NCBI GenBank assembly: GCA_963785235.1
Contig: CAWAUM010000012.1
Location: forward strand, 128,001 to 192,000
Direction: 5' to 3'
DNA: 64,000 bases
Source: an uncultured delta proteobacterium
GTDB taxonomy: Bacteria > Desulfobacterota > Desulfomonilia > UBA1062
Shown here: one piece after another, positions 49,021 through 59,141 of the stretch
Layout of the letters: each line of letters begins with the position of its first letter
How positions within the stretch are numbered: the first letter of the stretch is position 1
Notes under the pieces: generated by a model
What the model was told of the DNA's origin: nothing
What the model saw: the letters and a program-made list of their open reading frames with translations, nothing else
Database searches by the model: none
Position numbers and translations under genes: made by a program

Positions 49021-49360
49021 TGTCTTGAGACGATATGTTTTGTCTTTTTTCTCATATCTTTAATATTTGATTTATTATCATTATGTTAAGATTTATTTTT
49101 TTGTAAATTATTCCCTGCCTGACCATTGAGTTTAGTGGTAATTTCCCTTCGACAGCCTGTGAAGAATTACATATTTTGTAAATGCAGTTACTTTATTGAA
49201 CGTGGATGTCGTTAATAGTAATTGCGATTCTCTTACACCTTTCTGAATCAATAGGAATAATCCACCGGTATGCATGCATGCACCGTGAGATAATCCTTAC
49301 TTTGAGCCTTTCCATTGTCTTTGCCATAAACTGTGTTTATAATCGCTAAAGGTCCAACCC

Positions 49361-50482
49361 ATGAACGAGCTTAAACACTCACTGCTTACGCTGAAACAGC
49401 AGGGCAGGCATATTATCGGCTGCCTCCCCCTCTATGCGCCGCTGGAGCTCCTGCATTCCTTCGGCCTTACTCCCGTGGTTCTCTGGGGGCTTCGATCAGA
49501 GGTGAAGGATCTTTCACGCAGCGACCGGCACCTCCAGAACTACACCTGCCAGGTGGCCCGTTGCCTGATGGAATTTATCCTTGAAAACAACCAATCCGTA
49601 TTCGATGCGCTCTTCATGTACAATGCATGCGATACCGTGCGGAACATGCCTGAGATCATCGAGGCCGGCCTGGCTGAGGATGGAATAAGCCTGAGCATCT
49701 TCAAACTCCATGTGCCTGCTGTCCCTCAAGACCGGTCCGGGGCGCAAAACTACCTGAGGGACCGTATCCATAGCTTGATTGCCGAACTGGAGGGATTCAC
49801 GCATCGATCTTTTTCGCCTCAGGAGTTCTCAGAAAGTGTGAATCTCTATGCCAGGCAGCGGGAGCTGTGCCGGAGATTAGAGGCTTTGTGCACCCAGGGC
49901 AGGACCACCTTTGCATCCTGCGCCTCCCTCCTGGAATCGGCTCACTTCATGAGGATCGAGGAGCACATCACCCTGCTGGAAAGGGAGGTTTTAAAGGCAC
50001 AGAAGATGCCCATCGACGCATCACCGCATAAAAAGCTGATGGTCAGCGGCATCCAGGCGCCGCCCGCAGAGCTGATTGAAGCCATGGAGTCTTCGGGCCT
50101 GCGCATCGTGGCGAACGACATGGCAACCCTGGCGCGGTGTTATGAATATTACCCGAAACCTTCAGCAGACCCAGGCGAGTACTACTACGACTTCTACTTC
50201 AACCATTACCCCTGCACCACCATACTCCCGGCAGGAGACCGCAGAATCGAGCTCATCAGAAAGCGCATTGTTGAAAGCGGAGCCCAAGGCTTCATCTTCT
50301 TCGGCGAGAAGTTCTGCGAGTATGAATACTTCGAGATCCCCTTTCTTAAGGATATGCTCAGATCTATCGGGGTGGATGTCCTGTCCCTGGAACTCGGCGC
50401 GGACGACCTCTCAAACCTCATGCCCCTTAAGACCCGCATCGAGGCCTTTGCAGAGATGCTGGGCGCCGTGAATGCATCCTAA
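49361..50482 (+). CDS. 2-hydroxyacyl-CoA dehydratase / benzoyl-CoA reductase subunit family (HgdB/BcrC-like)
   Basis: PLELLHSFG, LQNYTC, ACD, KFCE, TRIEAFAEML. Confidence 0.85.
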   Translation: MNELKHSLLTLKQQGRHIIGCLPLYAPLELLHSFGLTPVVLWGLRSEVKDLSRSDRHLQNYTCQVARCLMEFILENNQSVFDALFMYNACDTVRNMPEIIEAGLAEDGISLSIFKLHVPAVPQDRSGAQNYLRDRIHSLIAELEGFTHRSFSPQEFSESVNLYARQRELCRRLEALCTQGRTTFASCASLLESAHFMRIEEHITLLEREVLKAQKMPIDASPHKKLMVSGIQAPPAELIEAMESSGLRIVANDMATLARCYEYYPKPSADPGEYYYDFYFNHYPCTTILPAGDRRIELIRKRIVESGAQGFIFFGEKFCEYEYFEIPFLKDMLRSIGVDVLSLELGADDLSNLMPLKTRIEAFAEMLGAVNAS

Positions 50483-50492
50483 GGAGCTGATC

Positions 50493-51764
50493 ATGAACCA
50501 GAAAACCACTGCGGGCCTACCAATAAAAACATCATCAGGCAAACGTCTCTCCGGTATTATCATGGACGATTATTTACAGCTCCACCAGAAGGCAGGCGAA
50601 GGCGCCTTTGTGGTGTGGATAGCCATTGTCGTTCCTGCCGAACTCTTTGCCGGGTTCGATAATGTTGTCTATGCAGTGCCTGAAAGCCATGCCGCCATGA
50701 GCGCGGGCAAGGGCGTAGGTGCGCTCCAGTGCGAAAAGGCCGAACAGGAAGGCTACTCGCCGGACCTGTGCTCATACGCAAAAATCGACCTGGGAACGGC
50801 CTTCAAAGGTGGCAGGGATTCCCCCTCTTTCGGCCTGCCCAAGCCGCACCTGCTGGTGAGCAATAACAACAACTGCTCGCTCCTTTCCAAGTGGTTCGAC
50901 GTCTACCACCGGCTCTGGGGAGTGCCGCACTTTATTCTGGATATCCCGTTCTGCTATGAGGAGCAGAAACCTCAGGACTTCGCATACATCAAAAATCAGT
51001 TTGGCGACCTGATCCGCACCATCGAAGGGCTCAGCGGCCAGAGATTCGACATGGACAAGGCCGGCGAGGCAGTGCGCTTTTCTGGCGCGGCATTAAAAGA
51101 ATGGAAGCGCTTCACCTCCCTTGCGGCCAACAAACCTTCTCCCATCACGGCCTTTGACTCTTTTGTACAGATGGCCCCCATCCTCACCTCCCGGGGCACA
51201 GAGCGACTTGCAGAGCACTACCGGCTGCTTGCGGACGAGACCGAAGAGCAGATGGCACATGGCATCTTCCCAGTGCCTGACGAGCGCTACCGCCTGCTGT
51301 GGGACAATATCGCCCCATGGCATCAGTTGAGGAAGATGTCGGCCAGGCTTGCCTCTCTCGGGGCCAATATCACAACAGCCAGTTACACCTATTGCATCGG
51401 CTCACTGGAGGGTGATTTCAACATCTATGATATTCACGGTCATGATCCACTTGACTGGCTTGCCAGGCTCCAGAACTTCTCGGTATGCCCCCATGGCATG
51501 ACGCTACGAGCCCGCGCCATGAAGCAGGCCATCGATCATAATGCCATTGACGGGGTGGTCTTTGCGAGCAACCGCAGCTGCAAGGTATATTCGCTCATGC
51601 AGATGGACCAGATGAAACATCTGCGGGATACTACCGGCATCCCGACCGTGATGATCGATGTGGACCATGCAGATGAGCGCAAATACAGCGAAGACGCGGC
51701 ATTCGTAAGACTGGAGGCCATGCTGGAAACCATCGAGGTTGGGAGATCATCCAACCGCTCCTGA
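50493..51764 (+). CDS. 2-hydroxyacyl-CoA dehydratase subunit family (HgdA/BcrB-like)
   Basis: PESH, AEQEGYSPDLCSYAK, LPKP, KWF, LDIPF, NRSCK, RLEAMLE; SD aaggag before ATG 50493. Confidence 0.85.
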   Translation: MNQKTTAGLPIKTSSGKRLSGIIMDDYLQLHQKAGEGAFVVWIAIVVPAELFAGFDNVVYAVPESHAAMSAGKGVGALQCEKAEQEGYSPDLCSYAKIDLGTAFKGGRDSPSFGLPKPHLLVSNNNNCSLLSKWFDVYHRLWGVPHFILDIPFCYEEQKPQDFAYIKNQFGDLIRTIEGLSGQRFDMDKAGEAVRFSGAALKEWKRFTSLAANKPSPITAFDSFVQMAPILTSRGTERLAEHYRLLADETEEQMAHGIFPVPDERYRLLWDNIAPWHQLRKMSARLASLGANITTASYTYCIGSLEGDFNIYDIHGHDPLDWLARLQNFSVCPHGMTLRARAMKQAIDHNAIDGVVFASNRSCKVYSLMQMDQMKHLRDTTGIPTVMIDVDHADERKYSEDAAFVRLEAMLETIEVGRSSNRS

Positions 51765-51818
51765 TGTTGTTCCTGCGGGTAAAGCAAGGGGGGCACATTG
51801 CACATTCAACATCCGAGT

Positions 51819-52526
51819 CTAAGGCCCTTTGCCCTTCTTGTGAGCCCAGTATGCAAGGTCTGTCAGCGCCGTGGATTCCAGAAGGTAGTGTACATTATAC
51901 AGGAGAGACCTTCTCTGGATCTCCGCAATGAGTTCGACGGGATCACCAGTACAGGAGTTTGTTTCAGATCCAAGAGAAGAGACATATCCCCACATGTGCT
52001 GAAGCGCGTTTAAGAGCATACCCTGGCCGGGGTTGACCCTCAGGATCTCAACCAACGTTCGTGCAAGCCCCTCAAAATAGCCTCTCCCCTTCCTGCGGGA
52101 GGCCTCAGGTCCAATGCTTTTATAGAGCTCAGGGTCACGGGCCATAACCGAATACTTGTGATGGGCCCAGAGCTGTTGGCTGTTTTGCGGCAGGAGGATG
52201 CGGCCAGGATTTTTCATACGATACTTCTGTTCAAGTATAGAGAGCTGCCCTGCAGGAGGGTCGATGAACACCTCAGGCCCGGGTGATCCGGGAATGTCAG
52301 GTGCAGGACTCAGGTGGCGGTATCCCCTGAAATCCATCTCCTCAACCAGGCAATCATGCCTGGAGACAAGTGCCCCCAGGCAGTCTCGCCAGCGCATGGT
52401 CTCGGGGTGACGGGCATAACCCGACTTATGGTTTATGATGATGGAGAAGACGGCGTGCACCTCCCGGTGCTCGCCCAGCAGGCTTTCACGGTTCAGGTAT
52501 CCAGGGTGGATGTCCCAGACTCTCAT
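51819..52526 (-). CDS. Pyrimidine-dimer DNA glycosylase-like domain fused to DUF1722/YbgA-like domain
   Basis: MRVWDIHPGYL...LLGEHRE..HPET.RW..EM..RGY; HKYSVMA..NALQHMWGY. Confidence 0.75.
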   Translation of the reverse strand: MRVWDIHPGYLNRESLLGEHREVHAVFSIIINHKSGYARHPETMRWRDCLGALVSRHDCLVEEMDFRGYRHLSPAPDIPGSPGPEVFIDPPAGQLSILEQKYRMKNPGRILLPQNSQQLWAHHKYSVMARDPELYKSIGPEASRRKGRGYFEGLARTLVEILRVNPGQGMLLNALQHMWGYVSSLGSETNSCTGDPVELIAEIQRRSLLYNVHYLLESTALTDLAYWAHKKGKGP

Positions 52527-52618
52527 GCCCTACTATACGACCCTGATCGTCAGGCTGGAGGTTCGGGCTATAGAGAACCTTGCCGCACCCAGGGCCTGTT
52601 GTTAAACGCCGGCAGCCT

Positions 52619-54474
52619 TTATTTCAGATTTATTGTTATGGTCGTTGCCTCTAATACCGAGCTGTCCTCATCAAAATCTCCCGTTGCTATCAACCCCTTC
52701 ACCGCTGCCCCGTCTATATGTCTTGTATCCAGGGCTGTGACAAAGTCCCCGAAGGCGGTGAAGAGCTGTATGGCGCTGCCCTGGGAGATAAAATACAATC
52801 CGCCGGAAGGTGCCGGCACGAGTGAAGGTGGCTGTGCAAGTGTATCCAGGTCAGTCACGACCCCTGAGCGTGAAATATGGTGAAACAATCCCACCCCGGT
52901 GAGGTCAAGGCTGAATCCTGCAGATGACATATCAATAATGGCTTCTGTTGATGCCGGATTCCAGGTGACATGCATTACTGCCGGGACATGAGAGACATTC
53001 ACCACTGTGCGTGCCTCGAAGTCTTCAGGGGCCTGACCGAAGGGTGTTGCAAACCCCCTTATCCTTACCGGTGTTCCTGCCTTCAAGGCCGACGTGTCCA
53101 GGGCAGAGGTGTCTATCTCATAATGATCCGGGTCAGCATCGTGAGCACTGTCGATTCCAGTGCCTGTGAAATCGAAGATGCTCATCTTTCGACCGTCAAT
53201 GGCCTGAAGATCGACAACGATGAAATCAGAGCCTTTACCGACAACGGTCCCCTAAGTGTCGAAAGCATCATCCGCACTGATCCGTTGCGGGCATCAAAGG
53301 TAACTTTGTCGCTGTCAGTTGATGCCGTACCAAAGGCAAGGATGCGCTGGCCCACCGATATGTCTGTGATGTCTCGCCTACTCGGCAGACAGCTGCTTGC
53401 TTACCTTGGTGTTATCGCCAAGCTTTATTGTCACGTCATCGTTGAAGACAACACTTCCTCCCGCACGCATGAGGGAGCCACCCTTTATGGTAAGTGTGTC
53501 TTCGCTGCGCTTGATCACGATGCCCCAGACAACATCGTGCTGCCCTCCCGGGACACTGGAGCCCGCATACACCTCCTGCGCCTCAAAGCGTAAAGGATTG
53601 TTCATCAGGGAGCCCATAACGATGATGGCCGTGTAGGCCGGCATGGTTGAGAGCTTTTCAAGGCCTGCACCACCCTGGTAAGATATGCCATCGATCTGAT
53701 ACACCGTAGTGCCTGTGGTGTTTACATCGAGTACACCGAACTTCTTGTCGCTGCCTGTCATGGCATGGATGAAAGGACGGACTATCACCTTGAACGACCC
53801 GGTGCCGAGATCCACGGAACCACGCTCAAGCGGACCCCGCACCCGGTGTATCTCCGGGATGTCTACATTGACCTTGGCCAGCAATACCGGGGTCACCGTT
53901 ACAACGGCCGTACTGCCGGTGAACCTGACCGTGTTGGAGGCTGCAAGATCAAAGTCCAGGTTCAGAGATGCCGGTATACCCGGCGCGATGATGAGGGAAT
54001 CATGGCTTTCCAGGCTTACATCAAGGGTAAGGGTTCTGATCGGGCTGCCGTTTTCATCAACAATGGAATCCACCCTGACTGCCTGACCTGATTCATCTTC
54101 CACCTGGATATCCGCACTGCCGTAGTCCAGCGTTACCTGGGCACTGACATACTCGCCGGTGGGAACCGTTGCAGCGGTGAGGAACTCGATCATGTCCGTA
54201 TACTGGGCGAAATCAACCCTGGTCTTGACGGGCAGCACATCCACCACAGCACCATTTTTCTTGGTGAGCGTCAGGGAGAGCACATCCACCGAGTATGCAA
54301 GGAAATCCCCCTCGTCATCCGTGATGCCGATAACAAGATTACTCTGGGCCTGAGAGTTCGTATTACTGCCACTGTCGCTGCTGCACCCTGCAAAGGACAT
54401 GAAAATGAAGCCTGCAAGAAACACGGTTAAGAAACCTCGAAAAGCCCTGAAATCCCTTCCATGCCATTAACCAT
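52619..54474 (-). CDS. DUF4382-like lipoprotein with beta-strand repeats; indels near 53380, 53250 and probably in the 5' end
   Basis: Lipobox FAGC, ITDDEGDF..Y.V.V, 'LDFDLAASN'; the two ORFs are joined by an intervening frame. Confidence 0.65.
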
Positions 54475-54564
54475 GTCAAATCCCTCCATTTGCGCATTGA
54501 TTCATTCGTAAACCCACTACGAGAACATGATCCCATCAGCGCCTTTTATCTTCACTGGCGCCAA

Positions 54565-55023
54565 TCATGGTACCGCCTGTCTCTGCCTGGGCCTGTCCCG
54601 TCTATTCTTTTTCATCTCCTCGAATTTCCCGGTGAGTATCCGGAAGCGCTCAGGCCCCAGGAGCTTCCTTGCATCGAGGATAAACTGAAAACGTTCAAAT
54701 GCGATCTTCTCACGCTTTTCCTCCACCCTCTTGAACTGGGCCTTGGCAGCCGATTCGTTAACCGGGTCCTTTGCAAGGATGTCCTCAAGTTTGAGCTGCT
54801 CCTTCTCGATATCGCTTCTCAGGTCAATGAGGGCATTCCGGTTCTTCGCAAACATATCGTCCAGCATCTGTTTCTCACGGTCCGTCAGCCCCATATCCTT
54901 GGAAAGCTCAGGCGATCTCCACCACCTTCCCGGGCCGAGGCCATCGGCATAGGCTTGAACAACCCCGAGGATCATTGCCGAGCATACCAGCATTCCGATA
55001 AGCATTCTCTTTGACATAGTCAT
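54565..55023 (-). CDS. Periplasmic Spy/CpxP-like protein
   Basis: Signal peptide, 'RWW...MGLTD.E', helical, 'RKLL.PE'. Confidence 0.8.
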   Translation of the reverse strand: MTMSKRMLIGMLVCSAMILGVVQAYADGLGPGRWWRSPELSKDMGLTDREKQMLDDMFAKNRNALIDLRSDIEKEQLKLEDILAKDPVNESAAKAQFKRVEEKREKIAFERFQFILDARKLLGPERFRILTGKFEEMKKNRRDRPRQRQAVP

Positions 55024-55067
55024 ATTCCTTTATTTTTCTTTCAGGTCCTTTTTTGTATATACCCTTA

Positions 55068-55583
55068 TCAAGCATCCACCGGTGCTGCGAAGTCCAGAAA
55101 GTCATCATTATCATCCGTTGAGCCCGTGTCGGGGACGATCTCTTGCAGAGACGCAGGGAGGCCATTTTCCTCAATATCCTCGGTTGCTGCAATGAGCATT
55201 TCATCAGCTGCCGTCTCATCGGCGAGATTCAATTTACCATACGGCTGCAAATTGCCGGTAAACAGATGCGGCACGGTCAGGGTGATAACGAGCACAAGGC
55301 AGGCCGCCGCAGTAGCCAGGCCCACATACCATCTGCCAGCCCAGCCGCTGCCTCTGAGAACCTCTGCCTCGGGCAGGGCAAACCTTCTCCGGGGTTCAGG
55401 CGTAGATCTCATCGCCGCTTCAGAGAGTCCATGGAGCTCTGCGGCAAGATGGTGGCGGGAGGCAGAGCAGATGGGGCAGACCTTCAAATGCTCCCTTTCC
55501 TGTGCGGCCAGATCGTTCTCGTCAACGAGAGATGCGATTATCCGCTGTTCATCGAGATGGACGTTTCGGTTATTGTTCATCAT
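55068..55583 (-). CDS. Anti-sigma factor (HxxxCxxC + TM)
   Basis: HLKVCPIC, single TM helix, overlaps the sigma gene. Confidence 0.8.
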   Translation of the reverse strand: MMNNNRNVHLDEQRIIASLVDENDLAAQEREHLKVCPICSASRHHLAAELHGLSEAAMRSTPEPRRRFALPEAEVLRGSGWAGRWYVGLATAAACLVLVITLTVPHLFTGNLQPYGKLNLADETAADEMLIAATEDIEENGLPASLQEIVPDTGSTDDNDDFLDFAAPVDA

Positions 55584-56182
55584 GCCTCCTCAGGGGCAGG
55601 ACCCAGGGAAAACCCCTCGTTCTTGAACTTTTCAATCGCCCGATAGAGATGGGTCTTCACCGAGCTCTCGCTGCTTTCAAGCGTCAAGGCGATCTCGGTT
55701 ATGCTTAAGTGATCGAGGAACCGCAGCCTGAATACCTCCTGCTGGAGTCTGGGCAGTTTCTTGATAAATTCATTGAAGCGGGTCCAGAACTGCTTCCCGG
55801 CCAGGTGATCATAACTGTCCGGTCCCATGTCGGGATAATCTTGCTCCTTTTCCTCCTGAGTGAAACTGAACAGGGAGGCGAACCTCTGCCTTCTGCGGAA
55901 ATCCTTAACCTTGTTCACTGCTATGCGATAGAGCCAGGCCTTGAAGAGCTCCGGGTCCCTGAGTGCACCCAGAGACCCGTATGCCTTCAGGAACACGTCC
56001 TGAACCAGGTCTTCTGCGTCTGTTCTTGACTGGACCCGTGCATACACCATGCGGAAAATACCCCCTTGATGGATCTCTACCAATTGCTCGAAAGAGCTCC
56101 GATTGCCTTCGATGGCAGCCCTGACGAGGATCTTGATATCTCTGAGCGCCTGTGTGTCATTGTTTCTTTCATCTTCCTGCAT
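55580..56182 (-). CDS. ECF RNA polymerase sigma factor
   Basis: DAEDLVQDVFLKAY, FKAWLYRIAVN, EIA..L..SVKTHLYRA. Confidence 0.93.
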   Translation of the reverse strand: MQEDERNNDTQALRDIKILVRAAIEGNRSSFEQLVEIHQGGIFRMVYARVQSRTDAEDLVQDVFLKAYGSLGALRDPELFKAWLYRIAVNKVKDFRRRQRFASLFSFTQEEKEQDYPDMGPDSYDHLAGKQFWTRFNEFIKKLPRLQQEVFRLRFLDHLSITEIALTLESSESSVKTHLYRAIEKFKNEGFSLGPAPEEA

Positions 56183-56696
56183 CGCCCTAGCATTCTACCA
56201 GCACTTACGTGTTCCCGTCTGCCCTTTTTATGATTTGCTGTTATGTAAGACGCATCGGAATGGAAAATTGTCTACAAGGGATGACATCTTAAGTAACGCA
56301 TACCCGGATCATTGAGGTGCACACGATAAAGATACTTCAATATGAAAAAATGGACACGAGGGATCCCCTTGCTTATGTATTTGTAATGATCTTAGATAGT
56401 AATATACACAATGGACAGAATCAATGTCATGGCGATATCTATACTTTACCTTGGCCCTCTTTTCTGATGATTATGAAAAATAATCTGTACTCTGGAAGAA
56501 GCATTGGCCTTGACACATGATCTTTTGCCTGAATCATTCTTACAATGTATGGCAAAGGCATTGAACAGGTATCGGGGGAGATAAACCTCGCCGAACTGTT
56601 TCCTCGAAAGCCCCATGGGTATACCGGGGAGACCCTGGAAAAGACGAGACTCAGTATGGGGTGCCCGGCGTCTGTAACCCGAGCCGTTATTATCCC

Positions 56697-57641
56697 TTAA
56701 GAGGCCTTCTGGAAGACATACTCCTTGAAGTTCAATTTTTTCTTGATGACGCGGCGCATCTCCGAGCGTTTGAGCCATCTGCTGTAGATCCAGAACCACT
56801 GGTCCGGATGTTCTCTGACCACTGATGTCACCCAGGACTGTATGATGTCGCTCAGTTTCTGTATGGCTTCATCCCCTTCTCCGAACTGTGCCGCATCGAT
56901 CGCTTTGCCCCAGTAATAGTGGTAGGCACCCTTGACCTTCATGGTATGAACCGGCACGACCAGGGCCTTGCCCGTAAGAGCGATGTAGGCTGCAGCGGAT
57001 TTGGTGGGGGCCGGCATACCGAAGACATCGCAGTACACATCGTGTTTGCCGTCCCCCCGCGAGTCGATGATTATGCCAACTATCTTGCTGTCTTTCAGGT
57101 CATCGATAAGCCTGTTGAGCATACCCGAGGGCGGCAGGATAGCAACACCGCAGCGGGATCGGATATCCTTTATGATCTTCTCAAGCTTCGGGTCTTTGCG
57201 GATATCGACCATGATGCTGAACTGGAAGCCCAAAATTCTGGAGGCATTGAAGAGGATCTCCCAGTTGCTGATGTGGCCTGAGAATAACAAGACCCCCCTG
57301 CCGGAAGCCAGGGCCTCATCCAGGTTCTCTTTGCCCTCCACCACCACCCTGGCCTTGACCTCCTCATCGCTCATATATACATACCTGATCGTATCCACCA
57401 GGTTCACTGCCTGGTTCACGAATACCTTCAGCACGATCCGCCACGGGTTTGCAATTCCGAGGGCAGCGCGTATCTGGATCGTGGCAACCTTCCGGTGGAA
57501 CCCATCCACGAGGAAGGCCACGATGCCGAGAAACCGGAAGGAAGTCACCACGAGCGGATAGGGCAGGAATCGGATGAGCCATATGACGGCAAGGAATGCC
57601 CGGTACTCGAGCTCTTTGATGAGGGAAACAATGGATTTCAT
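56697..57641 (-). CDS. Lipid A lauroyl/lysophospholipid acyltransferase (LpxL/HtrB family)
   Basis: GKENL..A...GRGV, GHISNWE, FG.PA, PDQWFW..RW. Confidence 0.85.
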   Translation of the reverse strand: MKSIVSLIKELEYRAFLAVIWLIRFLPYPLVVTSFRFLGIVAFLVDGFHRKVATIQIRAALGIANPWRIVLKVFVNQAVNLVDTIRYVYMSDEEVKARVVVEGKENLDEALASGRGVLLFSGHISNWEILFNASRILGFQFSIMVDIRKDPKLEKIIKDIRSRCGVAILPPSGMLNRLIDDLKDSKIVGIIIDSRGDGKHDVYCDVFGMPAPTKSAAAYIALTGKALVVPVHTMKVKGAYHYYWGKAIDAAQFGEGDEAIQKLSDIIQSWVTSVVREHPDQWFWIYSRWLKRSEMRRVIKKKLNFKEYVFQKAS

Positions 57642-57906
57642 CAAGGTTACGTCTCCATTCTGTCTAGTGTGTGTCTTAAGCCCGCACCTTCTCAGAAGGC
57701 ATCCTTTACGTTGCACATGGCGGTCTTATTCATAACATCAAATCACAGATTGATTATTTGGCTTTAAACCATACGATATGTATACAATCTATACCATTGC
57801 ATTGATTTCTGCGCTAACAATATCTTAGATAAGGATCAGTAAATAATATGTTTGCCTCAACAAAATTTACAATGCTATCGTTAATCAAACTATTAAGGAG
57901 GACCAC

Positions 57907-58383
57907 ATGAAAATCATCAACGTTCTGGTAACTGCAATACTAGTGATGTTATTAGTCACATCGAGTACTTATGCTGCCTCCTGTACAAAGGCCGATCTGG
58001 TCAAGGCGGTAGATCATGCGGCTGCGCTTATCAACTCAAAAGGGAAAGCCGCCTTGCCGGAGCTTAAAAAATCCAGATTCTGCGGAGAAGAGGGGTATGT
58101 TTTCGTAGTCCAGATGAATGGAATCAATGTCATGCACCCGATACAGAAGCTTGAAGGTAAGGACATGTCCATGCTGCAGGGAGCCAAGGGAGAATACTTT
58201 GGAGCAGAAATGAAGGCAAAAGCTGAGAAAGACGGTTCTGGATGGATATCCTATACCTGGGAAAACCCAACCTCCAAAAAGCTTGACGCCAAGTGCACCT
58301 ATATCAAGACAGCAACCATGGATGGAGTTAAAGTTTTTGTCGGTTCAGGGATATTTGGAATTACTGAAGGTGATTGTAAATAG
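57907..58383 (+). CDS. Stand-alone periplasmic Cache-domain protein
   Basis: Signal peptide, YVFV..G....HP...LEGK, GSGWISYTW.NP, K.TY. Confidence 0.85.
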   Translation: MKIINVLVTAILVMLLVTSSTYAASCTKADLVKAVDHAAALINSKGKAALPELKKSRFCGEEGYVFVVQMNGINVMHPIQKLEGKDMSMLQGAKGEYFGAEMKAKAEKDGSGWISYTWENPTSKKLDAKCTYIKTATMDGVKVFVGSGIFGITEGDCK

Positions 58384-58418
58384 GGACATAATTAAAGCAT
58401 AAATTCATCTGCAATTCA

Positions 58419-58450
58419 GGGGGGGAGGATACAGTGAAGATCCTCCCCCT
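58419..58450. terminator. Hairpin between convergent genes
   Basis: gggggaggat ... atcctccccc inverted repeat. Confidence 0.55.
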
Positions 58451-58533
58451 ATCTCGTGCAGGTGTTTAGCGTATCGTCCTCTAATCTTCTTCGTGCCCTT
58501 CGTGGTGGAATGTATGTTCCTCCAATACCTTTG

Positions 58534-59034
58534 TTATCCGGCCCGCCCCGGCACATCCATGATCTTCGGTGTGTGTCCGGTCAGCGAGAGGAACCGCTCG
58601 ATGTCCTGCCTTGAGATCACGAGTGTGCTCGTGTTTACCAGGGGGTGGCACTGGATTGTATTGCATTGCCAGAGATCCTTATCCACGATGACCTCCACCC
58701 TGCCTGAAGGGTCGTTGAGAACGGACAGAATCGTCACAGAGCCCGGCGTGAGCCCCAGGTATTCCAAAAGGCGATCCGCAGAGGCAAAGCTCAAACCCTT
58801 TACTTCGAGCACCTCCTCAAGGCCCTTGATGTCAACGGCCTTTTCATCGCCCACCGTTACCAGGAAATGACGTCTGCCCTTGCGGTCGCGCAGGAATAGA
58901 TTCTTGGTCTTTGCCGCAGCGGTCTCGATGCCGAGCCGGTCCGCCTGTTCACAGGTGAACACGGCCTCGTGGTCGTAACGCTCATAGGGTATCTTATTCT
59001 GAAGGAGGAATTCATAGATGTCCATATCGCTCAC
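58534..59034 (-). CDS. YbaK/ProX family tRNA deacylase
   Basis: KTKNLFLRD, LSFAS, LGLTPGSVT, HPLVNT. Confidence 0.9.
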   Translation of the reverse strand: MSDMDIYEFLLQNKIPYERYDHEAVFTCEQADRLGIETAAAKTKNLFLRDRKGRRHFLVTVGDEKAVDIKGLEEVLEVKGLSFASADRLLEYLGLTPGSVTILSVLNDPSGRVEVIVDKDLWQCNTIQCHPLVNTSTLVISRQDIERFLSLTGHTPKIMDVPGRAG

Positions 59035-59082
59035 GTCTTTCTTTTACATGTACTTGGCCGATTTTTTATAAAAACACACACA

Positions 59083-59106
59083 GGCAACCACAATGGTTGC
59101 CCCTAC
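59083..59106 (-). repeat. GTAG-type REP element
   Basis: Minus strand GTAG-g-ggcaacca-ttg-tggttgcc: tetranucleotide foot plus hairpin. Confidence 0.65.
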
Positions 59107-59141
59107 AGATGCCGTGCATTATTTCGATTGCTAAAATCACA

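Noticed and set aside
58486-58508. cttcttcgtgcccttcgtggtgg, resembling one arm of a small intergenic repeat family
   Set aside because: Single short arm with no partner in the window; insufficient support
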